Shown in pieces: positions 16,231 through 26,178 of a stretch of 30,870 nucleotides of DNA. How positions within the stretch are numbered: position 1 is the stretch's first letter; every line of letters begins with the position of its first letter. The translations under genes and the position numbers were made by a program. The notes below the pieces were generated by a model, which had not been told where the DNA came from, searched no databases, and worked only from the letters and a program-made list of their open reading frames with translations. The stretch lies in the NCBI GenBank assembly GCA_048941015.1, contig JBHLNZ010000032.1:1-30870 (forward strand), read 5' to 3'. Source of the DNA: Promethearchaeota archaeon (GTDB lineage: Archaea; Asgardarchaeota; Lokiarchaeia; Sigyniarchaeales; SOKP01).

Positions 16231-18066
16231 ATGATTGAAAATCGAATTTTATTTACTACACCAACATATCCTTACCCAACTCTTCCTGCTAATGATTCTC
16301 TTACTGATGCAACTGGTCAGAGATTTACTAAAGGTGACGATATTTTTACCCTTATTTCACATACACATTGTTATGCCAACCATATTCTTGCTCAAAACAT
16401 AGAAATCCCTTCTATTTTACTTGAATACCCTCGATGGAAAGATTTTAAAAAAGAGGTGGATAAGGGATATTCAATTATTGGTATTAGCGCATTTCCACCT
16501 CATTTAGATACAATTATAAAAATGTGTGAATACATTCGAGAAAAATCTCCTGAGACAACAATTATGTTGGGTTCTTACGCAGCTCAAGCCTTTAAAGCAA
16601 AATATGATGAAGAAACGCAAAAAAAATACGTGGACTACGTTGTTAAAGGGGAAGGCGTTAAATTTCTTCGTGAATTTTTAGGTGAAGATATTAATAAACC
16701 TATTGAACAAAAATTAATGCCTAAATGTGGGGGTGCTCCTTGGTTTATAAATAAATTTCCAATTGGTAATGTCGGTTTTGTTGTCACAGGATTAGGTTGT
16801 CCTGGTGGCTGTGATTTTTGTTCCACTACAGAAATGTTTGGATTTAAAAGAATTGAGTTATTATCTCCCAAAGAATTCGTTGAACACATAAATCTTTACC
16901 ATAAACATTTTCCTGATGTTCGATTAATTTTTGCAATTGAGGAAGATCATTTTCGCCATCCAGAATATTTATTTGAAACAAAAAAGTATTGGGAATCTAA
17001 TCCAGAGGTTGTTGAATCACTTGATTGGTTAGCTTTTGGCTCAGTAGATAATATTTATAAGTTTGCTAAAAAATATGGATGGGATACCATTGCTGAAATA
17101 GGTATAGGAGCAATCTTTATTGGTGTTGAATCAAAATTTGCGGGAGAATATGGTTATAGCAAACGTCAGGAAATTGATGCACGTAAAGTGTTCGATAAAC
17201 TGCATTCAATGGGAATAAGAACGTTGGGTGCTTGGATCTGTGGTTGGGATTTTCATAATCATTCAAATATGTATGAGGATCTTAATTATTTTGTAGCATG
17301 TTATCCAACTTTCCAACAGTTAACAAGATTATCTCCATTTCCAGGAACTGTATTATATGAAAAGATGAAAGAAGCAAATAGAGTCCGTGATGTACCTTGG
17401 GAAGATGTTCATTTCTGGAGTGGAAGTCAAGAAAATATAGCACTTGAAACTCATGAAACGCTCAATCTCACTGAAGATGGGTATGATTTATTATACAAAA
17501 CGTGGGGTCCATCAATGTTAAGAAAGTTAGACGTAACCCTTAATGGTTATAATTTTTGCTTAAATTCAGATAATCTAATCATGCGAGAACATAAATCTGT
17601 CCTTTTTAAACGTCAGGCAGCTCTTTTATGGAATCTAATTAATGCAATGGACCGTTTTGCCCCTAATGGAGTAGTGAGGAGAAGAGTTCGAAAAACTGAT
17701 GAAAAATATAGAAATTTAATCGGAGAACCTACTCCTATTATGAAATATTTAGTAAAAATAGTTGAGAAACGAGCTAAGAGGTTTAAAATAAAGACCATTT
17801 TAGATCCATTCAATCGATATCCTAAAGAAGAACCTTTTAAGCGTTATTTATATGAAAAAGATGGGAAATTGAGTAGAAAAGCAACTTCCTATAAAACTGA
17901 AGAACCAACAAAGAAACCTTTTGAGATGAAGTGGACTAATTTTCAATTAAAATTATTAGCTAGCATATTGAAAATAATTAGAACATTCAAAAGAAAAGGA
18001 TCAGATAAAGATATCGATAATTATATAATAGAAACTGTAAAAAGGCGGAATTTTATAGCATTCTAA
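16231..18066 (+). CDS. B12-binding domain radical SAM protein
   Basis: N-terminal cobalamin-binding-like domain (IIGISAF...IMLGSY...VKGEG), CxxxCxxC in GCPGGCDFC, FIGVES, SPFPGTVLY. Confidence 0.88.
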   Translation: MIENRILFTTPTYPYPTLPANDSLTDATGQRFTKGDDIFTLISHTHCYANHILAQNIEIPSILLEYPRWKDFKKEVDKGYSIIGISAFPPHLDTIIKMCEYIREKSPETTIMLGSYAAQAFKAKYDEETQKKYVDYVVKGEGVKFLREFLGEDINKPIEQKLMPKCGGAPWFINKFPIGNVGFVVTGLGCPGGCDFCSTTEMFGFKRIELLSPKEFVEHINLYHKHFPDVRLIFAIEEDHFRHPEYLFETKKYWESNPEVVESLDWLAFGSVDNIYKFAKKYGWDTIAEIGIGAIFIGVESKFAGEYGYSKRQEIDARKVFDKLHSMGIRTLGAWICGWDFHNHSNMYEDLNYFVACYPTFQQLTRLSPFPGTVLYEKMKEANRVRDVPWEDVHFWSGSQENIALETHETLNLTEDGYDLLYKTWGPSMLRKLDVTLNGYNFCLNSDNLIMREHKSVLFKRQAALLWNLINAMDRFAPNGVVRRRVRKTDEKYRNLIGEPTPIMKYLVKIVEKRAKRFKIKTILDPFNRYPKEEPFKRYLYEKDGKLSRKATSYKTEEPTKKPFEMKWTNFQLKLLASILKIIRTFKRKGSDKDIDNYIIETVKRRNFIAF

Positions 18067-18084
18067 CCTTAATTTTAGATTTTT

Positions 18085-19170
18085 ATGAAATCAACTCCTT
18101 TAATTACCCAGAAACCGGGAAATACTCCAATTGGGGGCATTCCACTAGACTATTTTCCAAATAACTGTGGATTTTGGTTAAAACTTTTCAGAGGCTTTGA
18201 TAAAGGCAAAAAATTATTTTTTAGAGATAGCTCACATGGGAATGGAAATCCAGGAAGTACAATAGTATTTGTTCATGGTAATCCAGAATGTTCTTATACA
18301 TATAGAAAAATTATCAAGTCCCTTATTAATAATGCTAAAAAACCATTTAGAATCATAAACGTTGATCATATTGGTTTTGGTTTGTCAGATCAAGCTACAT
18401 ATGAAATGGTTTGCATGGACCATTGTAGAAATTTATTTCAATTAATTGAAATTTTGGATTTAAAGAATGTTACATTGGTCGTTCATGATTGGGGGGGTCC
18501 TATTGGGATAGGGGCACTCTTGAAAGAACCATACCGATTGTCAAATTTAATAATTCTCAATAGTACTGTTTTTCCATTGTCAAAAGAGGGAAAAACATAT
18601 AAGAATTATCCGATATCTTGGTTGGGATGGGCTAGAGGACCTCATATTATTCCAAATCACTTTTGGGGGTCATTTTCTTCCTTTGCAATCTTTCTAAAAC
18701 CACTAAAACCAATTAAATTATTATTGAATATGCTTAAATATCTCTTGTTAGCAGAATTGAATATCTTTCCTTGTGAGAATCTGATCTTTCGAAAATTAGT
18801 TCGATTACAATTTCGATCAAAATTAAATACTTTAAGTTCTAAACGATTAGTTCTTCAAACCCCATACTGGGGATATGGAAATACATATAAGGAACCTAAA
18901 TTAGGTAAAAGAAGTACTAAAGAATTTTATCATTTTATCCAGCAACACATCAAAAAAGATTGGGGTCCTAGAGGACAAAACATAGGAGTTAAATTAGTTT
19001 TTGGAGCATGGGATGCCGTATGTAAGAAATCTGTTATTAGACAGTGGTTAGAGAATTTACCTCAACTTAAAGGTTCTATTAAAGTCTTTAAAGATGAAAC
19101 TCATTTTATTCAAGAAACAAAAGCTAATCATATCGCAGATAAAATTATAGAAATTGCAGATTTAAAATAA
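18085..19170 (+). CDS. alpha/beta hydrolase, haloalkane dehalogenase/OleB-like
   Basis: FVHGNPECSYTYR, DHIGFGLSD, VVHDWGG (Asp nucleophile), C-terminal HFIQE His. Confidence 0.85.
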   Translation: MKSTPLITQKPGNTPIGGIPLDYFPNNCGFWLKLFRGFDKGKKLFFRDSSHGNGNPGSTIVFVHGNPECSYTYRKIIKSLINNAKKPFRIINVDHIGFGLSDQATYEMVCMDHCRNLFQLIEILDLKNVTLVVHDWGGPIGIGALLKEPYRLSNLIILNSTVFPLSKEGKTYKNYPISWLGWARGPHIIPNHFWGSFSSFAIFLKPLKPIKLLLNMLKYLLLAELNIFPCENLIFRKLVRLQFRSKLNTLSSKRLVLQTPYWGYGNTYKEPKLGKRSTKEFYHFIQQHIKKDWGPRGQNIGVKLVFGAWDAVCKKSVIRQWLENLPQLKGSIKVFKDETHFIQETKANHIADKIIEIADLK

Positions 19171-19213
19171 ATTAACCGAAATTCCTTTTTTTAATTATGG
19201 TTTAATCCTCTTT

Positions 19214-20428
19214 TCAAGAAAAAATGTTTACTTCAGAGAGAATATCTTTTTTCTTCTTCAATAATTTATAAACTGCATCTATAAAATCCTTTTGAGTAAT
19301 TAATTCCGAATCTCTTCTTATTGCAAACATTCCAGCTTCGCTACAAATTGCTTTTATATCAGCACCAGTCGCACCTTCGGTAATTCTTACTAATTCTTTT
19401 ATATCTAGGTCTTCTTTGAAATTTAAAAATCTCATATGAATTTTGAAGATCATCTCTCTCGCTTGTTCATTTGGTATAGGAAATTCTATTATTCTATCAA
19501 ATCTTCCTGGTCTTAATAAAGCAGGATCAAGAATATCAATTCTATTTGTCGCTCCGATAATTTTTACATCGCCTCGTTTATCAAAACCATCTAATTCACT
19601 TAATAATTGCATCATTGTTCTTTGAACTTCTCTATCACCAGAGGTTGAATCTTCCATTCTCACAGCGGCAATAGCATCAAGTTCATCAATCAATAAGATT
19701 GTAGGCGATTTTAATCTAGCTAACTGAAAAATTTCTCGAACATAGCGTGCTCCTTCTCCTATGAATTTTTGAACTAATTCTGAACCAATAACTCTAATAA
19801 AAGTAGATTTTGTTTCATGAGCAACTGCTTTAGCTAGTAAAGTCTTACCAGTACCAGGAGGACCATGAAGTAAGACTCCTTTAGGTGGATCAATTCCAAC
19901 TTTTTTAAACAATTCTGGTTTAAGCAAGGGTAACTCTACAGTTTCACGTACCTCTTGAATTTGATCATCTAATCCTCCAATATCATTATATGAGGTGTCT
20001 GGAATATAATCTACTAATTCCATTCCTTTAATGAAAGGATCTAAATGGCTAGGTAAGATTTCCATTATTGCAAATGTACTTTGATTAAGGGCAACACTCA
20101 TTCCAGGGCTCAATTTTTCATTTTTTACAAATTTACTGGTTTTCACTACAAAATCAGGACCAGAAGAACTTTTAATAATTAATCTTTCATTTTCTTCGTC
20201 TAATACGTCGATTATTACTCCAGTTATTAGGCTAGGCTCTCTTAATCGGTTTATTTCATTCCTTAAACTTTGAATTTCGTGTTCTAATCGAATTGTTTCT
20301 GATTTTAGTAATTGTCTTTCAGTTTCAAGATTCTTTATTCGATTTTCAAGATGATGAGAATATGTTAACAAATACTCATCATTTTCATTTTTACGTTGTT
20401 TTTTATCATCTTTATCTTCAGTAAGCAT
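19214..20428 (-). CDS. pan: proteasome-activating nucleotidase (AAA+ ATPase)
   Basis: N-terminal coiled coil plus OB domain; DIGGL, GPPGTGKT, pore loop KFIGEG, IDELD, GDREVQRT, ATNR..LDPALLRPGRFDR. Confidence 0.95.
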   Translation of the reverse strand: MLTEDKDDKKQRKNENDEYLLTYSHHLENRIKNLETERQLLKSETIRLEHEIQSLRNEINRLREPSLITGVIIDVLDEENERLIIKSSSGPDFVVKTSKFVKNEKLSPGMSVALNQSTFAIMEILPSHLDPFIKGMELVDYIPDTSYNDIGGLDDQIQEVRETVELPLLKPELFKKVGIDPPKGVLLHGPPGTGKTLLAKAVAHETKSTFIRVIGSELVQKFIGEGARYVREIFQLARLKSPTILLIDELDAIAAVRMEDSTSGDREVQRTMMQLLSELDGFDKRGDVKIIGATNRIDILDPALLRPGRFDRIIEFPIPNEQAREMIFKIHMRFLNFKEDLDIKELVRITEGATGADIKAICSEAGMFAIRRDSELITQKDFIDAVYKLLKKKKDILSEVNIFS

Positions 20429-20648
20429 CTTAGTTAATCAATGTCATTTTTGTGCTTATTCTATATCAACAAAGTTCGTTATCATATATATGCTTTTTTC
20501 ATTCGATATTGAAAAGTCGAGATATTTTTTTTATGAAATTAAGTTTATTCTAAACACTATTTATCTTATAAATATGCATATTAAAAGATGAAAAATTTTT
20601 TACTTTTTCGACAAGAACTTCCAAAATAGGGAATAGATAAAAGTATAG

Positions 20649-20672
20649 GTTGAATTAACAGTTTAATTCAAC
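20649..20672. promoter_or_regulatory. perfect 10-bp inverted repeat, candidate operator in the divergent pan/thiolase region
   Basis: GTTGAATTAA-CAGT-TTAATTCAAC. Confidence 0.4.
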
Positions 20673-20854
20673 AAATAGAGTTACATTTCCTATAATAAGA
20701 TTAATTGAATGAATAAAGTTAAGTCTCATTAATAATTGAAAGATTTTTAATAATTATTCATTAAATCATGATATTTTAATCTTTTCAATTCCTTTATTCT
20801 TCAATTTAACATATAAAATGAGATAATATAGAAATATCAAGAAAAGGTAAAATT

Positions 20855-22204
20855 ATGCCAGAACCAATAAATATGTATGAAAAATACTATAAAGACCCTA
20901 AAAGAGAGCCCATTTTAGTTGATTATGTTAGAACTCCAATAGGAAAAAGAAATGGTACGGTTGGGCGTCATCGAGGCGATGATTTGGTGGTTCATTGCTA
21001 TCGAACAATCCTAGAACGCAATGATTTTGATCCGAATATAATTGGAGATTCTATAGTCTCCTGTAATAGCCAGATTGGTGATTGTGCGTTAGATATTGGG
21101 AGAACTGCTGCTTTAGCAGCTCATTTGCCGGTAAAGGTTGGTGGTATGTCCATTAATAGACAATGTTCAAGCGGTGCTCAAACTGCATTATCCGCTTGGC
21201 AAGCAATCGCTTCTGGAATCCATGATTGTGTTATATGTGGGGGGGTAGAAGTTCAGAACCGTTATCCAATAATGTCAGATTCTTACGTTTATGATGAGAA
21301 ACAAGGAAAACCAGTAATGATCGCTCCCAATAAGAAAATTTTAACCAATCCAGAAGTAGCTGCAAAATTAAAAGAATATAATACTACATTTGCAGGACAA
21401 ATTAATTCAGCTCATGTTATGGGTCAAGTTTGGATGAAAAAAGCTGGAAAAACCTTGGAAGAATATCGACACGAGGTCGATAGCTTATCGCTACTTTCAC
21501 ATCAAAAAGCTTGTTCCACCTGGGATGAAAGAGGAAAAGAAATTGAACCTATTTGGTGTCCAAAATTAGATGAAAAGACAGGAGAACCTTTATTGGATGA
21601 AAATAACGAAGTAGCTAAAAATTCAAGTTTTTCAATATTAACGGAAAGGGATGAAAGTCCCCGTCCCGGAACTTCTATGGAAAAATTAGCAAGTTTAAGG
21701 ACTATTATCGGGAGAAAGAGTAAGGCTTTTTTAACGGCTGGAAACAGTTGTCCTACAAGTGATGGGGCAGCAGCACAATTATGGATGACACGAGCGCTAG
21801 CAGACAATCTTGGTTTGAAAGTAAGAGCCTCAGTTGTAAATTGCGCTATTGTTGGTACAGATCCAGTATTACAATTAACAGGACCAATTGAATCTATGCC
21901 AATAGCATTAAAGCGTGCTAATATGACATTTGATGATATGAGTTTTATAGAAATAAATGAAGCTTTTAGTTCAGTTGTTTATGCATGTTGTTATGACTTA
22001 GGGCTCGATTGGAATGATCCTAGATTTAATCCATGGGGTGGTGCAATCGCGCTAGGCCATCCTACCGGTGCTACTGGAAGTAGACTCATCGGTACAAATC
22101 TCCATCAACTAGAACAATCTGGAAAAGAGTTTGCTATATCTTCAATGTGCGTTGGTTTGGGGATGAGTATCGCGACAATTATAAGAAATGAACATCCAAA
22201 ATAA
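20855..22204 (+). CDS. thiolase (acetyl-CoA C-acyltransferase)
   Basis: RTPIG, INRQCSSG (catalytic Cys), EINEAF, GGAIALGHPTGATG, MCVGLG. Confidence 0.95.
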   Translation: MPEPINMYEKYYKDPKREPILVDYVRTPIGKRNGTVGRHRGDDLVVHCYRTILERNDFDPNIIGDSIVSCNSQIGDCALDIGRTAALAAHLPVKVGGMSINRQCSSGAQTALSAWQAIASGIHDCVICGGVEVQNRYPIMSDSYVYDEKQGKPVMIAPNKKILTNPEVAAKLKEYNTTFAGQINSAHVMGQVWMKKAGKTLEEYRHEVDSLSLLSHQKACSTWDERGKEIEPIWCPKLDEKTGEPLLDENNEVAKNSSFSILTERDESPRPGTSMEKLASLRTIIGRKSKAFLTAGNSCPTSDGAAAQLWMTRALADNLGLKVRASVVNCAIVGTDPVLQLTGPIESMPIALKRANMTFDDMSFIEINEAFSSVVYACCYDLGLDWNDPRFNPWGGAIALGHPTGATGSRLIGTNLHQLEQSGKEFAISSMCVGLGMSIATIIRNEHPK

Positions 22205-22300
22205 ATAAATAATCTTTTATTTTTACATTTACTTTATTTTTAAATAATTTTTTATTATTAAATGACATGATCTAAATTAAGGAATAGAAGTGAAAATCTA

Positions 22301-23476
22301 TTGAATTCGATTGAAAGAGTTAAAGCAGCATTATATTTTAAAAAACCTGATAAAGTACCTGTTTTTAATTTAGTAGCTGGTGATGTTTTACCTTTACCTC
22401 TAATTCAATCTGAAAATTGGAAACCTGGGTGGAGAAAAGGGGAAGAAAATTTATTTCCTCATATACCAATAGGTTATAAATGGGATAAACCCAAATGGGC
22501 TAAGAAACCAGAATATGAAGGATATAAATGGAAAGCAATTCCTCATAAGGAAGTTGACGAGTGGGGGTGTATTTGGAACATGAAAGGAAATGATAAAGAT
22601 ATGGGACACCCTGGAAGGCCATCATTACCAGACTGGAAAGATTATGAAGATTATATTTCAAAATACAATCCTGATCCTAAAGATAAATCAAGATATAAAA
22701 TAGCTTTTCAATTGAAGGAAAATAGTGATCCAGATAAATATCGACTAATAGCACCAAAATATCATGGTCCATCTCAACTTGCATCTTATATTCGTGGTTT
22801 TAATAATTATCTATTGGATCATAAAAGAAATCCAAGTCATTTAAAAAAATTATTAGAACATATTGCAGATTATCATATTCAAGTCATTAAATGCTCAATC
22901 GAATACGGATTAGAACCTCATGGAGTAATGCTTACCGATGATCTTGGAGAACAAACTGGACCCTTTTTTGGAGCAAAAACATTTGAATCATTCTACGAAT
23001 CATCTTATAAAAAGATATTCGATGCTGCGCATAATTTAGGATTAGATGTACATCAACATTGTTGTGGCAAAGTAGATGCTTTATTACCAATTTTGATCAA
23101 ATGGGGCTTAAATGCGATTGAATTTGATAGTCCAAGAATGAGTGGCTATCCTGATCTAAGACCGTACCGAGGAAAAATAATGTTCTGGGGATGTGTAAAT
23201 ATACAATCAATCTACTCTCAAGGAACTCCAGAAGAAGTGGAGAGAGAAACATGGCATATGATTAGAAATTTAGGAACAAAGAATGGAGGTTATGGAGCTT
23301 ACTTTTACGATGATACAAAAGTAATTAGAGTCTCAAGAAAAAACGTAAAAGCCTTTGAAAGAGGTTTGAAAAAATTCGGGACTTATTCTGAGATTCCTCC
23401 CCATTGGTGGGATGAACCATTTATTGAAGAATGGCAAGATCATGTTGTTCCTCCTTTACCTCCCTTAAATCTTTAA
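22301..23476 (+). CDS. uroporphyrinogen decarboxylase (URO-D/MtaA-CmuA) family protein
   Basis: ERVKAAL..KKPDKVP, DEWG, TDDLG, HQHCCG, GTPEEV, GGY. TTG start. Confidence 0.85.
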   Translation: MNSIERVKAALYFKKPDKVPVFNLVAGDVLPLPLIQSENWKPGWRKGEENLFPHIPIGYKWDKPKWAKKPEYEGYKWKAIPHKEVDEWGCIWNMKGNDKDMGHPGRPSLPDWKDYEDYISKYNPDPKDKSRYKIAFQLKENSDPDKYRLIAPKYHGPSQLASYIRGFNNYLLDHKRNPSHLKKLLEHIADYHIQVIKCSIEYGLEPHGVMLTDDLGEQTGPFFGAKTFESFYESSYKKIFDAAHNLGLDVHQHCCGKVDALLPILIKWGLNAIEFDSPRMSGYPDLRPYRGKIMFWGCVNIQSIYSQGTPEEVERETWHMIRNLGTKNGGYGAYFYDDTKVIRVSRKNVKAFERGLKKFGTYSEIPPHWWDEPFIEEWQDHVVPPLPPLNL

Positions 23477-23544
23477 ATGTTTTATAATATTTTAAAAAAG
23501 TAAAAAAATTAAAAATTGAGGAAATAAGGGGAAATTGTTTAAAG

Positions 23545-24633
23545 ATGGATGCGGTAGAAAGAGTTTTAAAAGCCGTGAATCATGAAGAGCCTGATAGAGT
23601 GCCCGCATTCGAAAGTGCATTTACTAATAATACAATTGTAAGATATTATGGAATAAATCCTCGTGGTGGAAGAGGTTATAAAATAACTTATGAATTTTTT
23701 CGAAAAGCTCAAATAGATTTAGTCTTAAGTTATGTTAGTGCTTTACCTAGAATGACAATTAAGCGTGGAAAAGGATTCATTGATGAATATGGTCGAATAA
23801 TGATGTTAGATTTCCAAAAAGATGGCACGTTAATATTAGCTTATCATGGTGGTCATTTCGAATCATTTGAAGACTATGAAAGCTGGGAACGAATGGATCC
23901 TAACTTACAGGCAAGAATGGACCAGTTTTTAAATGGGAGATCTGTTCAAAAAGAACTGAATAATGAAGTGTTTTCAATTCCTGCAACAGGTAGTATTTTA
24001 GAAGATCCACTAGAAGGCTTTGGTTTTCCTACCTTTTCAAAAATTTTAGCAAAACATAAACAAGCTAAAAAAATTTTTGATGATTACGGCCAGTTTACCC
24101 TTGAGTTAGTAAAGATCTTATCAGAGAAAGATGCGAAAATTGTGCTTTTATGGGATGATTATGGTTTTAAAAATGGTTTATTCATGAGACCAATTTATTA
24201 TCAACAATATATCTTTCCATGGTTGAAAAGAATTTGCGATACTGCTCATAGGAATGATTGTAAAATAATGTTACATTCTGATGGAGATATTTTGGAAATA
24301 TTTGACGATATAGTTAAATCTGGAGTCGATATAATTAATCCAATTGAACCAACAACAAATAATCCAAGATATAATATTTTCGAGTTACACGAAAAATATG
24401 GAGACAGGATCACATTTTCTGGAAATTTAAATCCCGTATGGCTTGGTATAGGAGAAATTTCTAAAATTGAATCATATGCGAGAAAATTAATTAGAGTATT
24501 AGCTCCTGGAGGAGGATATCTTTATGGGAGTGGACACTCAATACATTCCGCAGTAACGATCGACAGATTTGAAGCGATGCAAAATATGAGAAGAAAATAT
24601 GGTAATTATCCTATTGTAAATATTCCTGATTGA
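23545..24633 (+). CDS. uroporphyrinogen decarboxylase (URO-D/MtaA-CmuA) family protein
   Basis: ERVLKAVNHEEPDRVP, DEYG, WDDYG, LHSDG, APGGGYLYGSGHSI. Confidence 0.88.
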   Translation: MDAVERVLKAVNHEEPDRVPAFESAFTNNTIVRYYGINPRGGRGYKITYEFFRKAQIDLVLSYVSALPRMTIKRGKGFIDEYGRIMMLDFQKDGTLILAYHGGHFESFEDYESWERMDPNLQARMDQFLNGRSVQKELNNEVFSIPATGSILEDPLEGFGFPTFSKILAKHKQAKKIFDDYGQFTLELVKILSEKDAKIVLLWDDYGFKNGLFMRPIYYQQYIFPWLKRICDTAHRNDCKIMLHSDGDILEIFDDIVKSGVDIINPIEPTTNNPRYNIFELHEKYGDRITFSGNLNPVWLGIGEISKIESYARKLIRVLAPGGGYLYGSGHSIHSAVTIDRFEAMQNMRRKYGNYPIVNIPD

Positions 24634-24757
24634 ACTTCTTTAACAATTAATTATAAAAATTTTGACAGAAACGGAAACTATTATATCTTTTCCTATAATA
24701 TTCTTAATTACCTTGAAATCCAAATTTTAAATTAAATCAAGTAAGGTGAAAAATGAA

Positions 24758-25066
24758 ATGGCTGTTATGATGATAACTACTTGGTATCCTCCTCATAGAA
24801 GTGGTGATATTGCAAAATTATACTTAAAACAACCTAAACAAGTTCCATTTGTGAAAAAATGGCGAGTCTTTAACGTTGCTGCTGGAAAGGAAGGCATGAA
24901 ACAATACCACTTAATTTATACTGAGGAAGGTAAAGGGGAAGAAGCAGGTATGGCCTTATTCAAATATTTTGTTCCTTTTACTGAAATTGAAGGTTATAAT
25001 GTCCAATTTGAATCTTTATTAGGTGTTTCTGATAGTTATAAACTGCTAGGAATGAAATGGGAGTAA
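24758..25066 (+). CDS. hypothetical protein (possibly dimeric alpha+beta barrel fold)
   Basis: Clean ~102-aa ORF with an alternating beta/alpha pattern. SD-like GGTGA lies upstream of ATG 24758; GTG at 24746 is the alternative. Confidence 0.7.
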   Translation: MAVMMITTWYPPHRSGDIAKLYLKQPKQVPFVKKWRVFNVAAGKEGMKQYHLIYTEEGKGEEAGMALFKYFVPFTEIEGYNVQFESLLGVSDSYKLLGMKWE

Positions 25067-25186
25067 ATAATTTAACACAATTAAAAAATAAAAAATTAAA
25101 TCTTTTTTTTTATAATTACTAGGAGAATAAAGTTAGTATTACTTAAGAAAGGGAAAAAGATAGAATAAAAATATATATTTAATAAA

Positions 25187-26095
25187 TTAATCTGTGTGAG
25201 CAGAGATTATTAAATCAGCAAATAATCTCATATCATTTAATAATGTATTCAATTTCTCTTGAGAGTCTTTATCCAATTCTCTAGTTTTCATAATCAAAAC
25301 AGAAATGATATATTTAAATATATGAAGCTCGATTTCTTTTCCATCATCATTCCGTCCTTTAAACATAGCAGAATCAGACATAAAGATGTTTTCTCTTACA
25401 GTATTGCATGAGTTGATAAAATCTCTCAAATCTCCTCTTAATGTTAACCCACTACTAACGCCTTGAACATTATGCACTATTACATTACCAGAAACATCCG
25501 ATACAATTATTTTCGCTTTAATTTCTTCCAATTTCTCCTCAGCTTTTTCAACATGGGTTTTCAAATCGGTATAAGATGATATTAAAATATCTCTGAATAC
25601 TTTTGCCAACTCATCCTGTTGATAAATGCTTGTCAGCATAAAATCGAAATCGTAATCTTTAAAAATGTCAAGAAAGATCTCTTTAGCTTTTTTAACATTA
25701 GTATCCAAAAGCTCTTTCTGATAATCCTCAGTATCATATTTATGGAGGAACAAAAAGATTTTAGGCTTTTCGTTATTTTTTCTGTAAATATCTAATAATC
25801 CAATAAAATATTCTTTTGCTTGTTCAAATGTCTTTGGATCATGTAAATCAACGATCGGAATCAAGATATCAGTGCCTCGAAAAACATCTGGCTTCTCCAT
25901 ATATTCTTTTCGATATTGTTCTTGACCTCCAAAATCAAATATTCCAACTTGAAGCCCTAAAAAGGGATGACGACGTGTTTCATATAGAATTGTTGGACTA
26001 AGACTTTTTGTATCTTCAGCACTTTTTTCAGCAAAAGCTACAGAATATAAGCTTGTTTTACCACATCCGCCTAGCCCTACTAAACTTATTTTCAT
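25187..26095 (-). CDS. Rag/Gtr-like small GTPase with C-terminal roadblock/longin-like domain
   Basis: G1 GLGGCGKTS, switch I AEDTKSLSPTI, G3 DFGGQ, G4 LHKYD, G5 TSIY. HKxD and TSI are Rag-family hallmarks. C-terminal ~120 aa begins IIVSDVSGNVIV. Confidence 0.8.
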   Translation of the reverse strand: MKISLVGLGGCGKTSLYSVAFAEKSAEDTKSLSPTILYETRRHPFLGLQVGIFDFGGQEQYRKEYMEKPDVFRGTDILIPIVDLHDPKTFEQAKEYFIGLLDIYRKNNEKPKIFLFLHKYDTEDYQKELLDTNVKKAKEIFLDIFKDYDFDFMLTSIYQQDELAKVFRDILISSYTDLKTHVEKAEEKLEEIKAKIIVSDVSGNVIVHNVQGVSSGLTLRGDLRDFINSCNTVRENIFMSDSAMFKGRNDDGKEIELHIFKYIISVLIMKTRELDKDSQEKLNTLLNDMRLFADLIISAHTD

Positions 26096-26178
26096 ATTTT
26101 ATCTTCTCTTAAGAGTTTATTTCATTTTTTATATAATTAATTATTTCATTTATTTTTTTTATAAATATCATTTCAAAT

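Noticed and set aside
12431-21807. ORFs 12431..12745, 14057..14275, 14334..14567, 14931..15119, 16635..16889, 17613..17813, 19443..19625 and 21502..21807
   Set aside because: Overlap confident genes; shadow ORFs without motifs.
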